This document shows positions 15,082 through 23,725 of a stretch of DNA of 64,000 nucleotides, piece by piece (position 1 is the stretch's first letter; each line of letters begins with the position of its first letter). The notes below the pieces were generated by a model. That model was not told the origin of the DNA. It saw only the letters and a list, made by a program, of their open reading frames with translations, and did no database searches. Location of the stretch: contig JBHHVI010000002.1 in NCBI GenBank assembly GCA_046754225.1, positions 7,810-71,809 on the forward strand, given 5' to 3'. Position numbers and translations under genes: made by a program. The DNA is from Thermodesulfobacteriota bacterium (GTDB taxonomy: Bacteria > Desulfobacterota > GWC2-55-46 > JADFVP01).

Positions 15082-17508
15082 TCAGTTCGCTCCCATACCT
15101 CTTATCACATCCACGATGTCTTCGGAAAGCCGCCCTTCCCTGTGAACGGCGAGCCTTACACGACCGCCTGCGAGCCTCTTCTTGTCGGCCTCGGTAATGG
15201 TGTCGGGAGTAAAAACAAATATATGCATATTTTTCATGTCGGCGAGTTTACAGAGCCTGTCCATAATATCAAAAAACTTTTTCCGGCTGCCCTGCATCCT
15301 GATGATGATGCAGTCGGGATTGCATGAAGAGGCAAGCTCCGCGGCATTGCCGTCAAGCTCGGACATGAAGACCATGACGCCGTCCTTCTCAAGGTGCTCA
15401 ACCGCCCCCTCTATCTCGGTGGACGAATTGTCAATAAGGAGCACGCGCGAAGGGGCGACACTCTGTTTTCCGGTGGCCCTCAGGCTTGCCAGTGTGCTTA
15501 ACAACCTTGCTTTATCGATGGGTTTTTCAAGGTATTCCACCGCACCGAGGGAGTACCCGAGCTCCTTGTTGTCTATTGAGGAGATTATAATAACCGGTAT
15601 ATATGTTGTCACGGGGTTTGATTTCAGCTGCTTCAAGACCTCCCAGCCGTCTCTTTTAGGCAGCGTTATGCCCATGATTATCGCAAAGGGTTTTTCTTCC
15701 TGCGCCTTGTTCAAAAGGTCTATTCCGTCGGAGGCTGTTACGACGTCGTAATCGCCGCCTTCGAGGTAAATCTCCAGAAGATGGTTTGTGTCGGGACTCT
15801 CGCTTGCAAGGAGCAGTGACTGGTGGTCTCCGGCGCCGGAACTCGCGAAGGCGTAATCAGAAAAATCCGGAAGTTCTATATCGGAGGTGCCCTGCGGAAG
15901 TTTTATGAAAAAGGTGGAACCTTTCCCCGGTTTGGACTTGAGCCAGACCTCACCGCCATGGAGTTCAACGAGCCTTTTCGTCAGGACAAGCCCGAGACCC
16001 GTGCTGTCGTATTCCTTCGTAATAGTAGAATCGACGCGCTCAAAGGCCTTGAACAGTTTCCCCTGGTCTTCCTCCTTTATCCCTACGCCGGTATCCTCGA
16101 TGCTGAAAATGATGAAGTGTTGAAACTCCATGCCGATGGGTTCCTCGGTGACGGTCCATCTGAGGTAAACCTTGCCTCCGCTCTTGTTGAATTTTACCGC
16201 GTTTGAAAGGATGTTAAGCAGTATCTGCTTGAACTTGGCCCTGTCGGCGCGGAGCTTCGGCGAGGCCGGCACCGTCTTTGCCTCAATGGTTACGTTCTTT
16301 TCATGGGCAAGGGGCCTCATAATGCCGAGCACCTCGCCTATCACCTCGGAAATGGGGAATATCTCGGGCAGTGTCTCCATCCTGCCGGCTTCGATCTTGG
16401 AGAGGTCGAGTATATTATTTATAAGTTTCAACAGGTGTTCGCCGCTGGAATGTATGAACCCGACATACTGGTCCTGCTTGTCGTTAAGCTCTCCGAAGGC
16501 CTTCTCTCCAAGGAGCTCCGAAAAGCCGATAATGGAGTTCAGAGGCGTGCGGAGTTCATGGCTCACATTGGCTATGAACTGGCTCTTCATATGGTTAGCC
16601 TCACGCAGCTCCATGTTGGCGGTCTCGAGTTCGCGCTTTTTGCTGAAGAGCTCCTCGTTGGCGCCCCGGAGCTCATCGGTCCTTTCGACTACCCTCTTCT
16701 CAAGGGTGGTGTAGTATTCCTCAAGGCTCGACGCCATCTTGTTGAACTCAACGGCGAGGTTGCCTATTTCGTCTTCGCTCGTAACGGGCGCCCTGTTCGA
16801 CAGGTCTCCCTCCTCGATCCTTCTGGCGGACTCCTCGATATCAAGGATGGGCCGCACTATTGAGCGCCTGAGAGCGACCCAGAGTACCGACGCCAATATT
16901 ATGGCCCCCAGGCTAAGCGCCAGCGTGACATATATGATGAACGTCGCGAAGTAATGGCTCCTCTCATAATCATGGAAGGCGGAGTCCCTTTCTTCTTTGA
17001 CGAGCCTTGCCAGCGCCTCGATGGTGTCGCTGAAAATCCTCGTGCTTTGAATCCGTATAATGGACAGGGCGCCGTCCCTGTCACCTATACGGGAACGCTC
17101 CATGACCTTACTCTGGACATGCCAGTAGGCCACGAGGTTCACCTCAAGTTCTTCAAAGAGCTTGCGGTTTTTTTCGGCTATGCCCATCTTGATATACTGG
17201 CTCATGAGGGTGCCGATCTTTTTCCTTCGTTCCGATATAGAGATACTCAAAAATTGCTGTGACGGCAGATCGCTTGTTACGGTATGCAGGAACAGCTCCT
17301 GGCGCGCGCTGAGGAGTTCGTTTTCCAGTGTGGACAGGGTCCCCGCCCTTTTAAAGGACTTGAGGTAAAGCCTCTCAGTAACATTGGCGATCTCTCCGGC
17401 GTTGTACAGGGCTACAAGACTGCCTACCCCCATTATTAAAAACAGGGAGAGGAAGACAAAGGCGAGTTTTTTGGATATCTTTAAATTCCTGAAAAAACTT
17501 CTCATCAT
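15082..17508 (-). CDS. Membrane sensor histidine kinase (4-helix-bundle sensor, HAMP, HisKA, HATPase) with two C-terminal degenerate receiver domains
   Basis: 808-aa ORF. It has two TM segments flanking a helical periplasmic domain, a HAMP domain, the H-box SHELRTPLNSI, N/G boxes (NAVKF, DTGVGI, GLGL), and then two REC-like folds. Confidence 0.9.
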   Translation of the reverse strand: MMRSFFRNLKISKKLAFVFLSLFLIMGVGSLVALYNAGEIANVTERLYLKSFKRAGTLSTLENELLSARQELFLHTVTSDLPSQQFLSISISERRKKIGTLMSQYIKMGIAEKNRKLFEELEVNLVAYWHVQSKVMERSRIGDRDGALSIIRIQSTRIFSDTIEALARLVKEERDSAFHDYERSHYFATFIIYVTLALSLGAIILASVLWVALRRSIVRPILDIEESARRIEEGDLSNRAPVTSEDEIGNLAVEFNKMASSLEEYYTTLEKRVVERTDELRGANEELFSKKRELETANMELREANHMKSQFIANVSHELRTPLNSIIGFSELLGEKAFGELNDKQDQYVGFIHSSGEHLLKLINNILDLSKIEAGRMETLPEIFPISEVIGEVLGIMRPLAHEKNVTIEAKTVPASPKLRADRAKFKQILLNILSNAVKFNKSGGKVYLRWTVTEEPIGMEFQHFIIFSIEDTGVGIKEEDQGKLFKAFERVDSTITKEYDSTGLGLVLTKRLVELHGGEVWLKSKPGKGSTFFIKLPQGTSDIELPDFSDYAFASSGAGDHQSLLLASESPDTNHLLEIYLEGGDYDVVTASDGIDLLNKAQEEKPFAIIMGITLPKRDGWEVLKQLKSNPVTTYIPVIIISSIDNKELGYSLGAVEYLEKPIDKARLLSTLASLRATGKQSVAPSRVLLIDNSSTEIEGAVEHLEKDGVMVFMSELDGNAAELASSCNPDCIIIRMQGSRKKFFDIMDRLCKLADMKNMHIFVFTPDTITEADKKRLAGGRVRLAVHREGRLSEDIVDVIRGMGAN

Positions 17509-19208
17509 ACCTTCCCGCCGCCGGTTCGGGCGGTCTCATCTTGAGACGATATATCCTCATATAAAAGGGCTATATTCTTAATCTCGCCTCCGGCGTTATA
17601 AAGGGGGGTGGATTTTATCTTAAGCTTTCTCGCCGGGCCCATGAAACGGAACTGCTTCACGGAAGAGGGGTTGTAGTCGATTATGAACTCCGTTACAAAA
17701 CCCTCATAGGATTTTTTAATGGTCGGCACCATGCCCTGCGTTGTAAGTATCTCGTCATCAAATATCCGGTATTTCCTGGTAAAGTCAAAATTAGGCCCGG
17801 CGCCCATAAGTTTTCTAAGCATATCGTTAGCCAGAAGACATGTGCCGGAGCCGTCGAAAACGGCCAGGCCATAGGGTATCTGGTTTATGATCCTCTCGAA
17901 AAACTTTTTCCGTCCATGTTCGTTGTGGTAACGGCCCGTATATCCGGCAAATGTCTCAATACTGGACGCGAGTGCCTTGAAAAAAGCCGTCTTATCTATT
18001 ACAGGGGCTGTCTTAAACGCCGTGTGGATAAAGCCGTATTTATTTTCACCGGCAGAAAACCTCAGACTCAGGAGCGTTGAAAAACCTGCGGACTTGAGCG
18101 CCCCGGCGTATCTCTTGAAAGGGATCTCGTCAAGATTTTTTACGAGGACCGCGCCGCTGGGATCAAATCTTCCGCCGAACGCCGCGGCGGGTAGCTCGCC
18201 AGCCTCCTTTAGGAAGGAATCATCAAAACCTTCAGAGGCCTCTATGTTAAACGACCCGTACTTATCCTGTATATATACGCAAGCGGCGTCGGCCCCGCCG
18301 GCGCTTATGGCGGTCTTTGCCGCCTCGGCTAAAATCTCCCTGAGCGAAAGGGACCTGCCGGCGAAAGAAGAAAGGCGGCCAAGCGTGTCCATCTCCGAGT
18401 CCTTTTTCGACAGTTCGTCCGCGGCGGCCCGGTTTTTTTCTTCGCTTATAATTTCCCTCTCTTTTACGGCGTCGAGTATATTGTTAAGTTCACCGCTAAC
18501 CACTCCTAAAAGACCGGCGTAAGTACTCCTGAACCTGACGTTGCCGCTGCCCGAGGCGTAAGACCTGGCGGTGGCGGAAATCATCCATAGCGGCCGGGTG
18601 ATGGTTATGTGGTAGAATAAAATCGCGGTTAAGGCACTTATGACGAAAAACGCCAGCGTCACTGTGAGTAGTATCCGTGTATCCTTAAAGGTCTCGGCGC
18701 GGGCCCTGCGGATAAAAACGAAAAGCCTGTCAAACTTCTCGTCTATGAGGATTGAGTTAATGTCCATGTTGTTGTGGATAAGCATGACCTCGTCCTTTTT
18801 AGTGTAAGGACCGACCTGTTGAATTTCGCTGACTATGCTCTGCCAATCGACGGACATGGTGGAGATCTCTTCTGAGATAATGCTGCTGGAGGTAAAAAAC
18901 CATCTGTAACTGTCCTCGTTTACGACCTCATCGAGTTTGGCTTCAACCTTTTCAACATCCCTCTTTATAAAGGTCATAAGAGTAGGGTCAAAACGCTCGC
19001 TGCTCATAACCATATCCATGGTGTATTCGACTTTTACCATGGATATACGGAGCTCGATTAAGTTTGAACTGAGTTTCTCAAGGGTTTCGAGCTTCTGGAA
19101 CTTTGCTGAAAAGAGCCTGTAGACCACAAAGGCGCTGATAAGAATAAAGACGGAGAATAAAAGAAGCTTTGTAACCGTGATGGCGGAAGTCTTTTCGGAA
19201 GGTTTCAT
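17505..19208 (-). CDS. Membrane signalling protein with TM-periplasmic-TM, HAMP-like, GAF-like and PAS-like domains and no transmitter domain
   Basis: 567-aa ORF with two TM segments, a HAMP-like linker (RPLWMIS...GELNNILDAV), a central GAF-like region and a C-terminal PAS-like region (IINQIPYGLAVFD...). No H-box or ATPase motifs were found. Its stop overlaps the kinase start (ATGA). Confidence 0.7.
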   Translation of the reverse strand: MKPSEKTSAITVTKLLLFSVFILISAFVVYRLFSAKFQKLETLEKLSSNLIELRISMVKVEYTMDMVMSSERFDPTLMTFIKRDVEKVEAKLDEVVNEDSYRWFFTSSSIISEEISTMSVDWQSIVSEIQQVGPYTKKDEVMLIHNNMDINSILIDEKFDRLFVFIRRARAETFKDTRILLTVTLAFFVISALTAILFYHITITRPLWMISATARSYASGSGNVRFRSTYAGLLGVVSGELNNILDAVKEREIISEEKNRAAADELSKKDSEMDTLGRLSSFAGRSLSLREILAEAAKTAISAGGADAACVYIQDKYGSFNIEASEGFDDSFLKEAGELPAAAFGGRFDPSGAVLVKNLDEIPFKRYAGALKSAGFSTLLSLRFSAGENKYGFIHTAFKTAPVIDKTAFFKALASSIETFAGYTGRYHNEHGRKKFFERIINQIPYGLAVFDGSGTCLLANDMLRKLMGAGPNFDFTRKYRIFDDEILTTQGMVPTIKKSYEGFVTEFIIDYNPSSVKQFRFMGPARKLKIKSTPLYNAGGEIKNIALLYEDISSQDETARTGGGKV

Positions 19209-19215
19209 ATCTTGA

Positions 19216-19269
19216 TTAACAGGGTTCTGGCCGCGGCCCCGGCGTGCGGCCTATGCGGTTTAACAGGGT
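19216..19269. repeat. Direct repeat TTAACAGGGT x2 (44-bp periodicity) in the intergenic region
   Basis: Identical 10-mers occur at 19216-19225 and 19260-19269, between the HTH response-regulator gene and the sensor gene. Confidence 0.5.
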
Positions 19270-19291
19270 GCGCTGAGCCGGAGGGGCCGGC

Positions 19292-19861
19292 CTACTTTAA
19301 AAGTTTCTTGAGATGGGTCTGAAATTCTTTTAATTTCAAAGGCTTTGATAGGCAGTAATCCGCGCCGTACTCTACGATCCTGTCCATGTCCTCCTGGCCG
19401 TAAGCGGTTACGGCGAGTATCTTTATATCTTTAGTGTGCTCATCCCCTTTAATCCGCCGGCAAACGTCAAAGCCGTTTATCTTCGGCATCCTTATGTCGA
19501 GGATAAGGAGTTCGGGCTTGAAATCCCCGACCTTAATGAGGGCGTCGTAACCGTCGTTGGCAGTCTCTATCGTGTACCGCCCGTCCATTGATTTTATGGC
19601 GCCAATGATGTACTCGACAACATCCTCCTCGTCGTCAACGACAAGTACCTTCTTGCTCTCGGGAAATATCTTTTCTTTGATGTCAAGCTTGTACCTTGAT
19701 ACAAAGGAAAGAAAATCGTCCTTTTTTATCCTGTAATGACCGCCGGGCGTCCTGAAGGCCTCCAGTTTGCCGGCGGCGATCCATTTTTTAACTGCGTTTA
19801 TGGTAACGTCACAGAAGTTGGCTATCTCTCCTGTTGTATAAGGCTTGTTATCTTTCGTCAT
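19292..19861 (-). CDS. Response regulator with N-terminal excisionase/MerR-type HTH and C-terminal receiver
   Basis: 189-aa ORF. YTTGEIANFCDVTINAVKKWIAAGKL is a short HTH domain. The receiver has VLVVDDEED, LILDIRMP, LAVTA and SKP. Confidence 0.85.
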   Translation of the reverse strand: MTKDNKPYTTGEIANFCDVTINAVKKWIAAGKLEAFRTPGGHYRIKKDDFLSFVSRYKLDIKEKIFPESKKVLVVDDEEDVVEYIIGAIKSMDGRYTIETANDGYDALIKVGDFKPELLILDIRMPKINGFDVCRRIKGDEHTKDIKILAVTAYGQEDMDRIVEYGADYCLSKPLKLKEFQTHLKKLLK

Positions 19862-19936
19862 TAATTAACCCTTATAAATAAAAGACTGTAAAACCATTTA
19901 AATGAAGCGGTTATATATTTTACATTTGTTACAATT

Positions 19937-19965
19937 ATAGTATATCCAAGGGGTTTTAAGGTCAA
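19937..19965 (-). promoter_or_regulatory. sigma-70-like promoter upstream of the signalling operon
   Basis: The minus strand reads TTGACC-17 nt-TACTAT(AAT), about 75 nt upstream of the ATG at 19861. Confidence 0.4.
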
Positions 19966-20015
19966 GTCTTTTTTACTATATGAACCACGGCGGAGGGGGC
20001 GGGGGTGAGGTCTTG

Positions 20016-22664
20016 TCAAGGTCGGGGTTCCATTTTCCGCCAATTGGGCCCGGACTTGAGGTTAACCTTTACGGGCACCGAGAGTTCAACAACTCCCTCC
20101 ATCTCCTTTTTAACGAGTTCGGCGACCCTGTCGGTCTCGTCTCGCGCGACCTCGAATAGGAGCTCGTCATGAATCTGGAGGAGCATCCTTGACTTGAGGG
20201 CGCCCTCTTTCATGAGGTGGAAGAGATTAACCATGGCGGCCTTGATAATGTCGGCGGCGGTGCCCTGAACTGGCGTATTTATGGCGAGACGTCTGCCCAG
20301 TCTCCGGGTCATCTCGACAGGGCTTGAGAGTTCGGGGATAAATCTCCGCCTGCCGAAAAGCGTCGTGGTGTAACCGAGGGCCGCGGCGTCCTCTACGGTC
20401 CTGTCGACAAACTCCCTGACCTTCTGATAATGCGCGAAGTAATTTTCAATGTAGGCGCCCGCCTCCTCCATGGAGATGCCCAGCTCCGTTGAAAGCCCGT
20501 ATGGGCCCATGCCGTATATTATGCCGAAGTTTATGGCCTTGGCCCTTCGCCTGAGTTCAGGTGTGACAATTCCTGGGTCGCCCAGCCCGAATATCTCCGA
20601 GGCGGTCCTTGAATGTATGTCCTCACCCCTTTTAAACGCTTCTATGAGTGCGGGGTCGCCGGCCATGTGCGCGACGATACGTAGCTCTATCTGTGAATAA
20701 TCGGCTGAGAGTAAGGTAAAACCCTCGTCGGCGACAAAGGCCTCCCTTATGCGCGGCCCCATATCGCCGCGAACTGGGATGTTCTGGAGATTGGGTTTCG
20801 TGCTTGAAAGGCGCCCCGTGGCGGTAACGGTCTGGTTAAAAGAGGTATGTATCCTGCCTGACCCGGGAGCGGCAAGGGCAATCAGCGCGTCCACATAAGT
20901 GGATTTGAGCTTACTAAGGCCCCTGTACTCCAGGATCTGCTCCGGAACTTCGTGGTACTCCGATAGCTTTTTAAGGACCTCCTCATTGGTGGAAAAACCC
21001 GTCTTGGTCCTCTTAACGGGGTTGAGTTTAAGCCTGTCGAAAAGGATTTGAGAGAGCTGTTTCGGGGAATTTATGTTGAATTCCGTACCGGCCAACCTGT
21101 AGATGGAACCCTTTATCGCCGAAAGACGCGTCTCAAGCTCCCGGCTCATCTCATTTAAAAGCGAAAGGTCTATCTTTATGCCCCTTATTTCCATGGAGGC
21201 GAGAACCTCTGAAAGGGGAAGGTCAATCTTCCGGTAGAGGTCCTCCATTCCATTATCTTTAAGTGCTTTATGAAGTTTTTCCGCTATTAATAAAATATCA
21301 CAGGCTTTTTGACATGCGAGAATTCTGCCGCCTGACCCCTTCAATTCTTCGGGCGCTATTCCCCTCGAAGGCTTGTCGAGGTACTCAAGGGTAAGGTGCT
21401 CCACCCCGTAATTCGTACTGGAAGGGTTTATGAGGTAGGCGGCTATGGATGTGTCCGCCCAGATACCCGCCGGGTTTACGCCTCTGGGCTCAAAATAGCT
21501 GTAAAGAGCCTTGGAGGAATCAGTGACCTTGCTTATCCGGCCGTCTTCAAGAATTTCTTTTATAAAGGGCAAAAAATAGTCTTCTTTAACGCCGTTTTCG
21601 CCCCCTACAGGGATAAAACAGGAGGTGGAAGAATCTGCCGCGAGGGCCAGCCCGAGGAGTTCAGGATTTACTGTCAATTTGTCCGAGGAGAAAAAAAGAC
21701 ATAGAGAGAGTTTTTTTATTCCTTTCAGCCCTTTCCCAAGCCCAGCTAACGCATCTTTTGTGTCGATTGTCTGAAAAGTTTTCTCTCCCCGCGTGTCGGG
21801 CTCAATGCGGGAAAGTATTTCCCGAAGCATCTTCTCGAACCCCAGTTCCTTAAAGAGCCCTGCGAGCATTTTGTAGTCGGGACTGCCCACCCTGAAATTC
21901 TCTAATTCAAGTTCAACGGGCACTTCCGGGCGGAGGGTGGCGAGGTCCCTTGATAGAAAGGTCTGGTCCTTGTATTCGAGGAGATTCTTCTTCAGCTTTT
22001 CCCCTGAAACATCCTCTATATGCTCAAAAAGGTTCTCCAGGGTGCCGTACTGCCTTATAAGTTTCGCCGCGGTCTTTACGCCCACCCCCGGGACATTGGG
22101 GATGTTATCGGAAGAGTCGCCGGCAAGCCCCATAAGTTCCTTTATCCTGGCGGGGCCCACGCCGAATTTCTTCTCCACATCAGCCGCCCCGTACTCCCTT
22201 CCTTTGAGGTAATCGAGGACGACGGTATTTTCGCCTACGAGCTGAAAGAGGTCCTTATCTCCCGATATGATGTATGATTTAATCCCCTTCCGGGCGGCCT
22301 TTTTTACCACAGCCGCTATTATGTCGTCGGCCTCAAAGGACTCTTTTTCGAGGACATCTATGTGTAGGGCCTTTAGCAGTTTTTTTGTATAGGGTATCTG
22401 TGAGCTTAGAAGGTCGGGCATGGGAGGCCTTTCGGCCTTGTAATCCTCATACATAACGTGTCTCAGAGTCGGCCCCTTCACATCGAAGGCCACGGCGAGA
22501 TAATGGGGTGAATAGTCCTTCAATATCTTTCTTAAAGACTGGGTGAAGCCGTAAATCGCGTTTGTATGGAGTCCCCGGGAGTTCTGAAGCGTAGGGGGTA
22601 TGGCGTGAAAGGCCCTGTAAAGGAGCGCCATGCCGTCTATTATAAAGAGTTTTTTCTGTTCCAT
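20016..22664 (-). CDS. polA: DNA polymerase I
   Basis: 882-aa ORF with a 5'-3' exonuclease N-terminus (LFIIDGMALLYRAFHA) and polymerase motifs A (LLSADYSQIELR), B (RRRAKAINFGIIYG) and C (QIHDELLFE). Confidence 0.97.
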   Translation of the reverse strand: MEQKKLFIIDGMALLYRAFHAIPPTLQNSRGLHTNAIYGFTQSLRKILKDYSPHYLAVAFDVKGPTLRHVMYEDYKAERPPMPDLLSSQIPYTKKLLKALHIDVLEKESFEADDIIAAVVKKAARKGIKSYIISGDKDLFQLVGENTVVLDYLKGREYGAADVEKKFGVGPARIKELMGLAGDSSDNIPNVPGVGVKTAAKLIRQYGTLENLFEHIEDVSGEKLKKNLLEYKDQTFLSRDLATLRPEVPVELELENFRVGSPDYKMLAGLFKELGFEKMLREILSRIEPDTRGEKTFQTIDTKDALAGLGKGLKGIKKLSLCLFFSSDKLTVNPELLGLALAADSSTSCFIPVGGENGVKEDYFLPFIKEILEDGRISKVTDSSKALYSYFEPRGVNPAGIWADTSIAAYLINPSSTNYGVEHLTLEYLDKPSRGIAPEELKGSGGRILACQKACDILLIAEKLHKALKDNGMEDLYRKIDLPLSEVLASMEIRGIKIDLSLLNEMSRELETRLSAIKGSIYRLAGTEFNINSPKQLSQILFDRLKLNPVKRTKTGFSTNEEVLKKLSEYHEVPEQILEYRGLSKLKSTYVDALIALAAPGSGRIHTSFNQTVTATGRLSSTKPNLQNIPVRGDMGPRIREAFVADEGFTLLSADYSQIELRIVAHMAGDPALIEAFKRGEDIHSRTASEIFGLGDPGIVTPELRRRAKAINFGIIYGMGPYGLSTELGISMEEAGAYIENYFAHYQKVREFVDRTVEDAAALGYTTTLFGRRRFIPELSSPVEMTRRLGRRLAINTPVQGTAADIIKAAMVNLFHLMKEGALKSRMLLQIHDELLFEVARDETDRVAELVKKEMEGVVELSVPVKVNLKSGPNWRKMEPRP

Positions 22665-22771
22665 CCCTACTTTTTATCATAAACCCCCTTTTCTAACAAA
22701 GGCAAAGTTCTTGAGCTTTTCCTTCAGGCCCCTTCGCCCTATGAATTAAACGCATGTCAAGGGGGCCTTTG

Positions 22772-22800
22772 TTGACACCCCACTCTTTCTCTTATATACT
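22772..22800 (+). promoter_or_regulatory. sigma-70-like promoter abutting the ATG at 22807
   Basis: TTGACA-17 nt-TATACT, then 6 nt, then ATG. No Shine-Dalgarno sequence is present. Confidence 0.45.
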
Positions 22801-22806
22801 TTTCCA

Positions 22807-23322
22807 ATGATTATAAGAATCCTGCTCCTCATAATGCTCCTCGCCGCACCGGTTTACGCTCAAAATGACATTGTTTCAGTGGGCCTCAGGGCCGTCGATG
22901 ACTTCCATACAACCACGACGGAACTCATGGGTGGGCTTAAGGGAAAAAAAGCGGTAAAATCTTTCTCCAAATCCGCCCTGAAGGAGAGGGAGAAGACAAC
23001 TTCCGAAATACGGAGTCTTCGCTGGCTCGAAAAGCCCGGCATGAGGCGTTTTAATATAGTCTACGAAAAGGTGGATAACTACTTCAAGGGGCAGGTCTCC
23101 TCAATAAAGGCGTTGGAAGAAGAGCTTGGCGGAAAGGATAAGGCAAGGCTCGAGAAGATTATTAAAAAATTGAAGGAATTACGAGGGCAAAAGCTGAAGG
23201 AGCTTGACGAGGCGGTTAAGTTCGAGACCTTTGAGAGAAAAAAAGAAAAACCCGTCCCCCTTATCGACCGCTCTCCATTTGAGAAAGGGCCCGGTAAGGA
23301 CGAGGGTATCTGGTACAGGTAA
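22807..23322 (+). CDS. Secreted hypothetical protein, Lys/Glu-rich coiled-coil
   Basis: 171-aa ORF with the signal peptide MIIRILLLIMLLAAPVYA, followed by charged helical sequence. I do not recognise a family. Confidence 0.6.
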   Translation: MIIRILLLIMLLAAPVYAQNDIVSVGLRAVDDFHTTTTELMGGLKGKKAVKSFSKSALKEREKTTSEIRSLRWLEKPGMRRFNIVYEKVDNYFKGQVSSIKALEEELGGKDKARLEKIIKKLKELRGQKLKELDEAVKFETFERKKEKPVPLIDRSPFEKGPGKDEGIWYR

Positions 23323-23337
23323 TGAACTCACTGAATA

Positions 23338-23712
23338 TTATTCAACGGCGTCAAAGGCCCCTCTAACAAGGCCTATCTCAAACTCCGTACCTTTGAACTC
23401 AATTCCCACCACATCAAACCTGACCCCGACGCAGTTCTCGTTAAGCCCCTTTTCCATAAGGTACTGGCGCGCCGCCCGTGTTATATGCCTCTGCTTATGA
23501 AGCCCCACGCTCGCCTCCGGTGCGCCGTATGATACGCCGTGGCGCGTCTTTACCTCAATAAAGACAAGGTCGTCCCCCTCGGTCGCTATTATGTCAATCT
23601 CGCCGAACCTGGTCTGATAATTCTTTTCCTTGATCTTAAAGCCGTTTTTCCTTAAAAATCTCCGGGCTATGGCCTCTCCCCTGCTCCCTTTGAAGATATT
23701 CTCAAATACCAA
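23338..23712 (-). CDS. YraN-family (UPF0102) endonuclease-like protein
   Basis: 124-aa ORF with GEAIARRFLRKNGFKI...GEIDIIA...LVFIEVK, the restriction-endonuclease-like core typical of YraN. It follows rnhB, as in many genomes. Confidence 0.85.
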   Translation of the reverse strand: MVFENIFKGSRGEAIARRFLRKNGFKIKEKNYQTRFGEIDIIATEGDDLVFIEVKTRHGVSYGAPEASVGLHKQRHITRAARQYLMEKGLNENCVGVRFDVVGIEFKGTEFEIGLVRGAFDAVE

Positions 23713-23725
23713 CTCTGCCCCCTTC

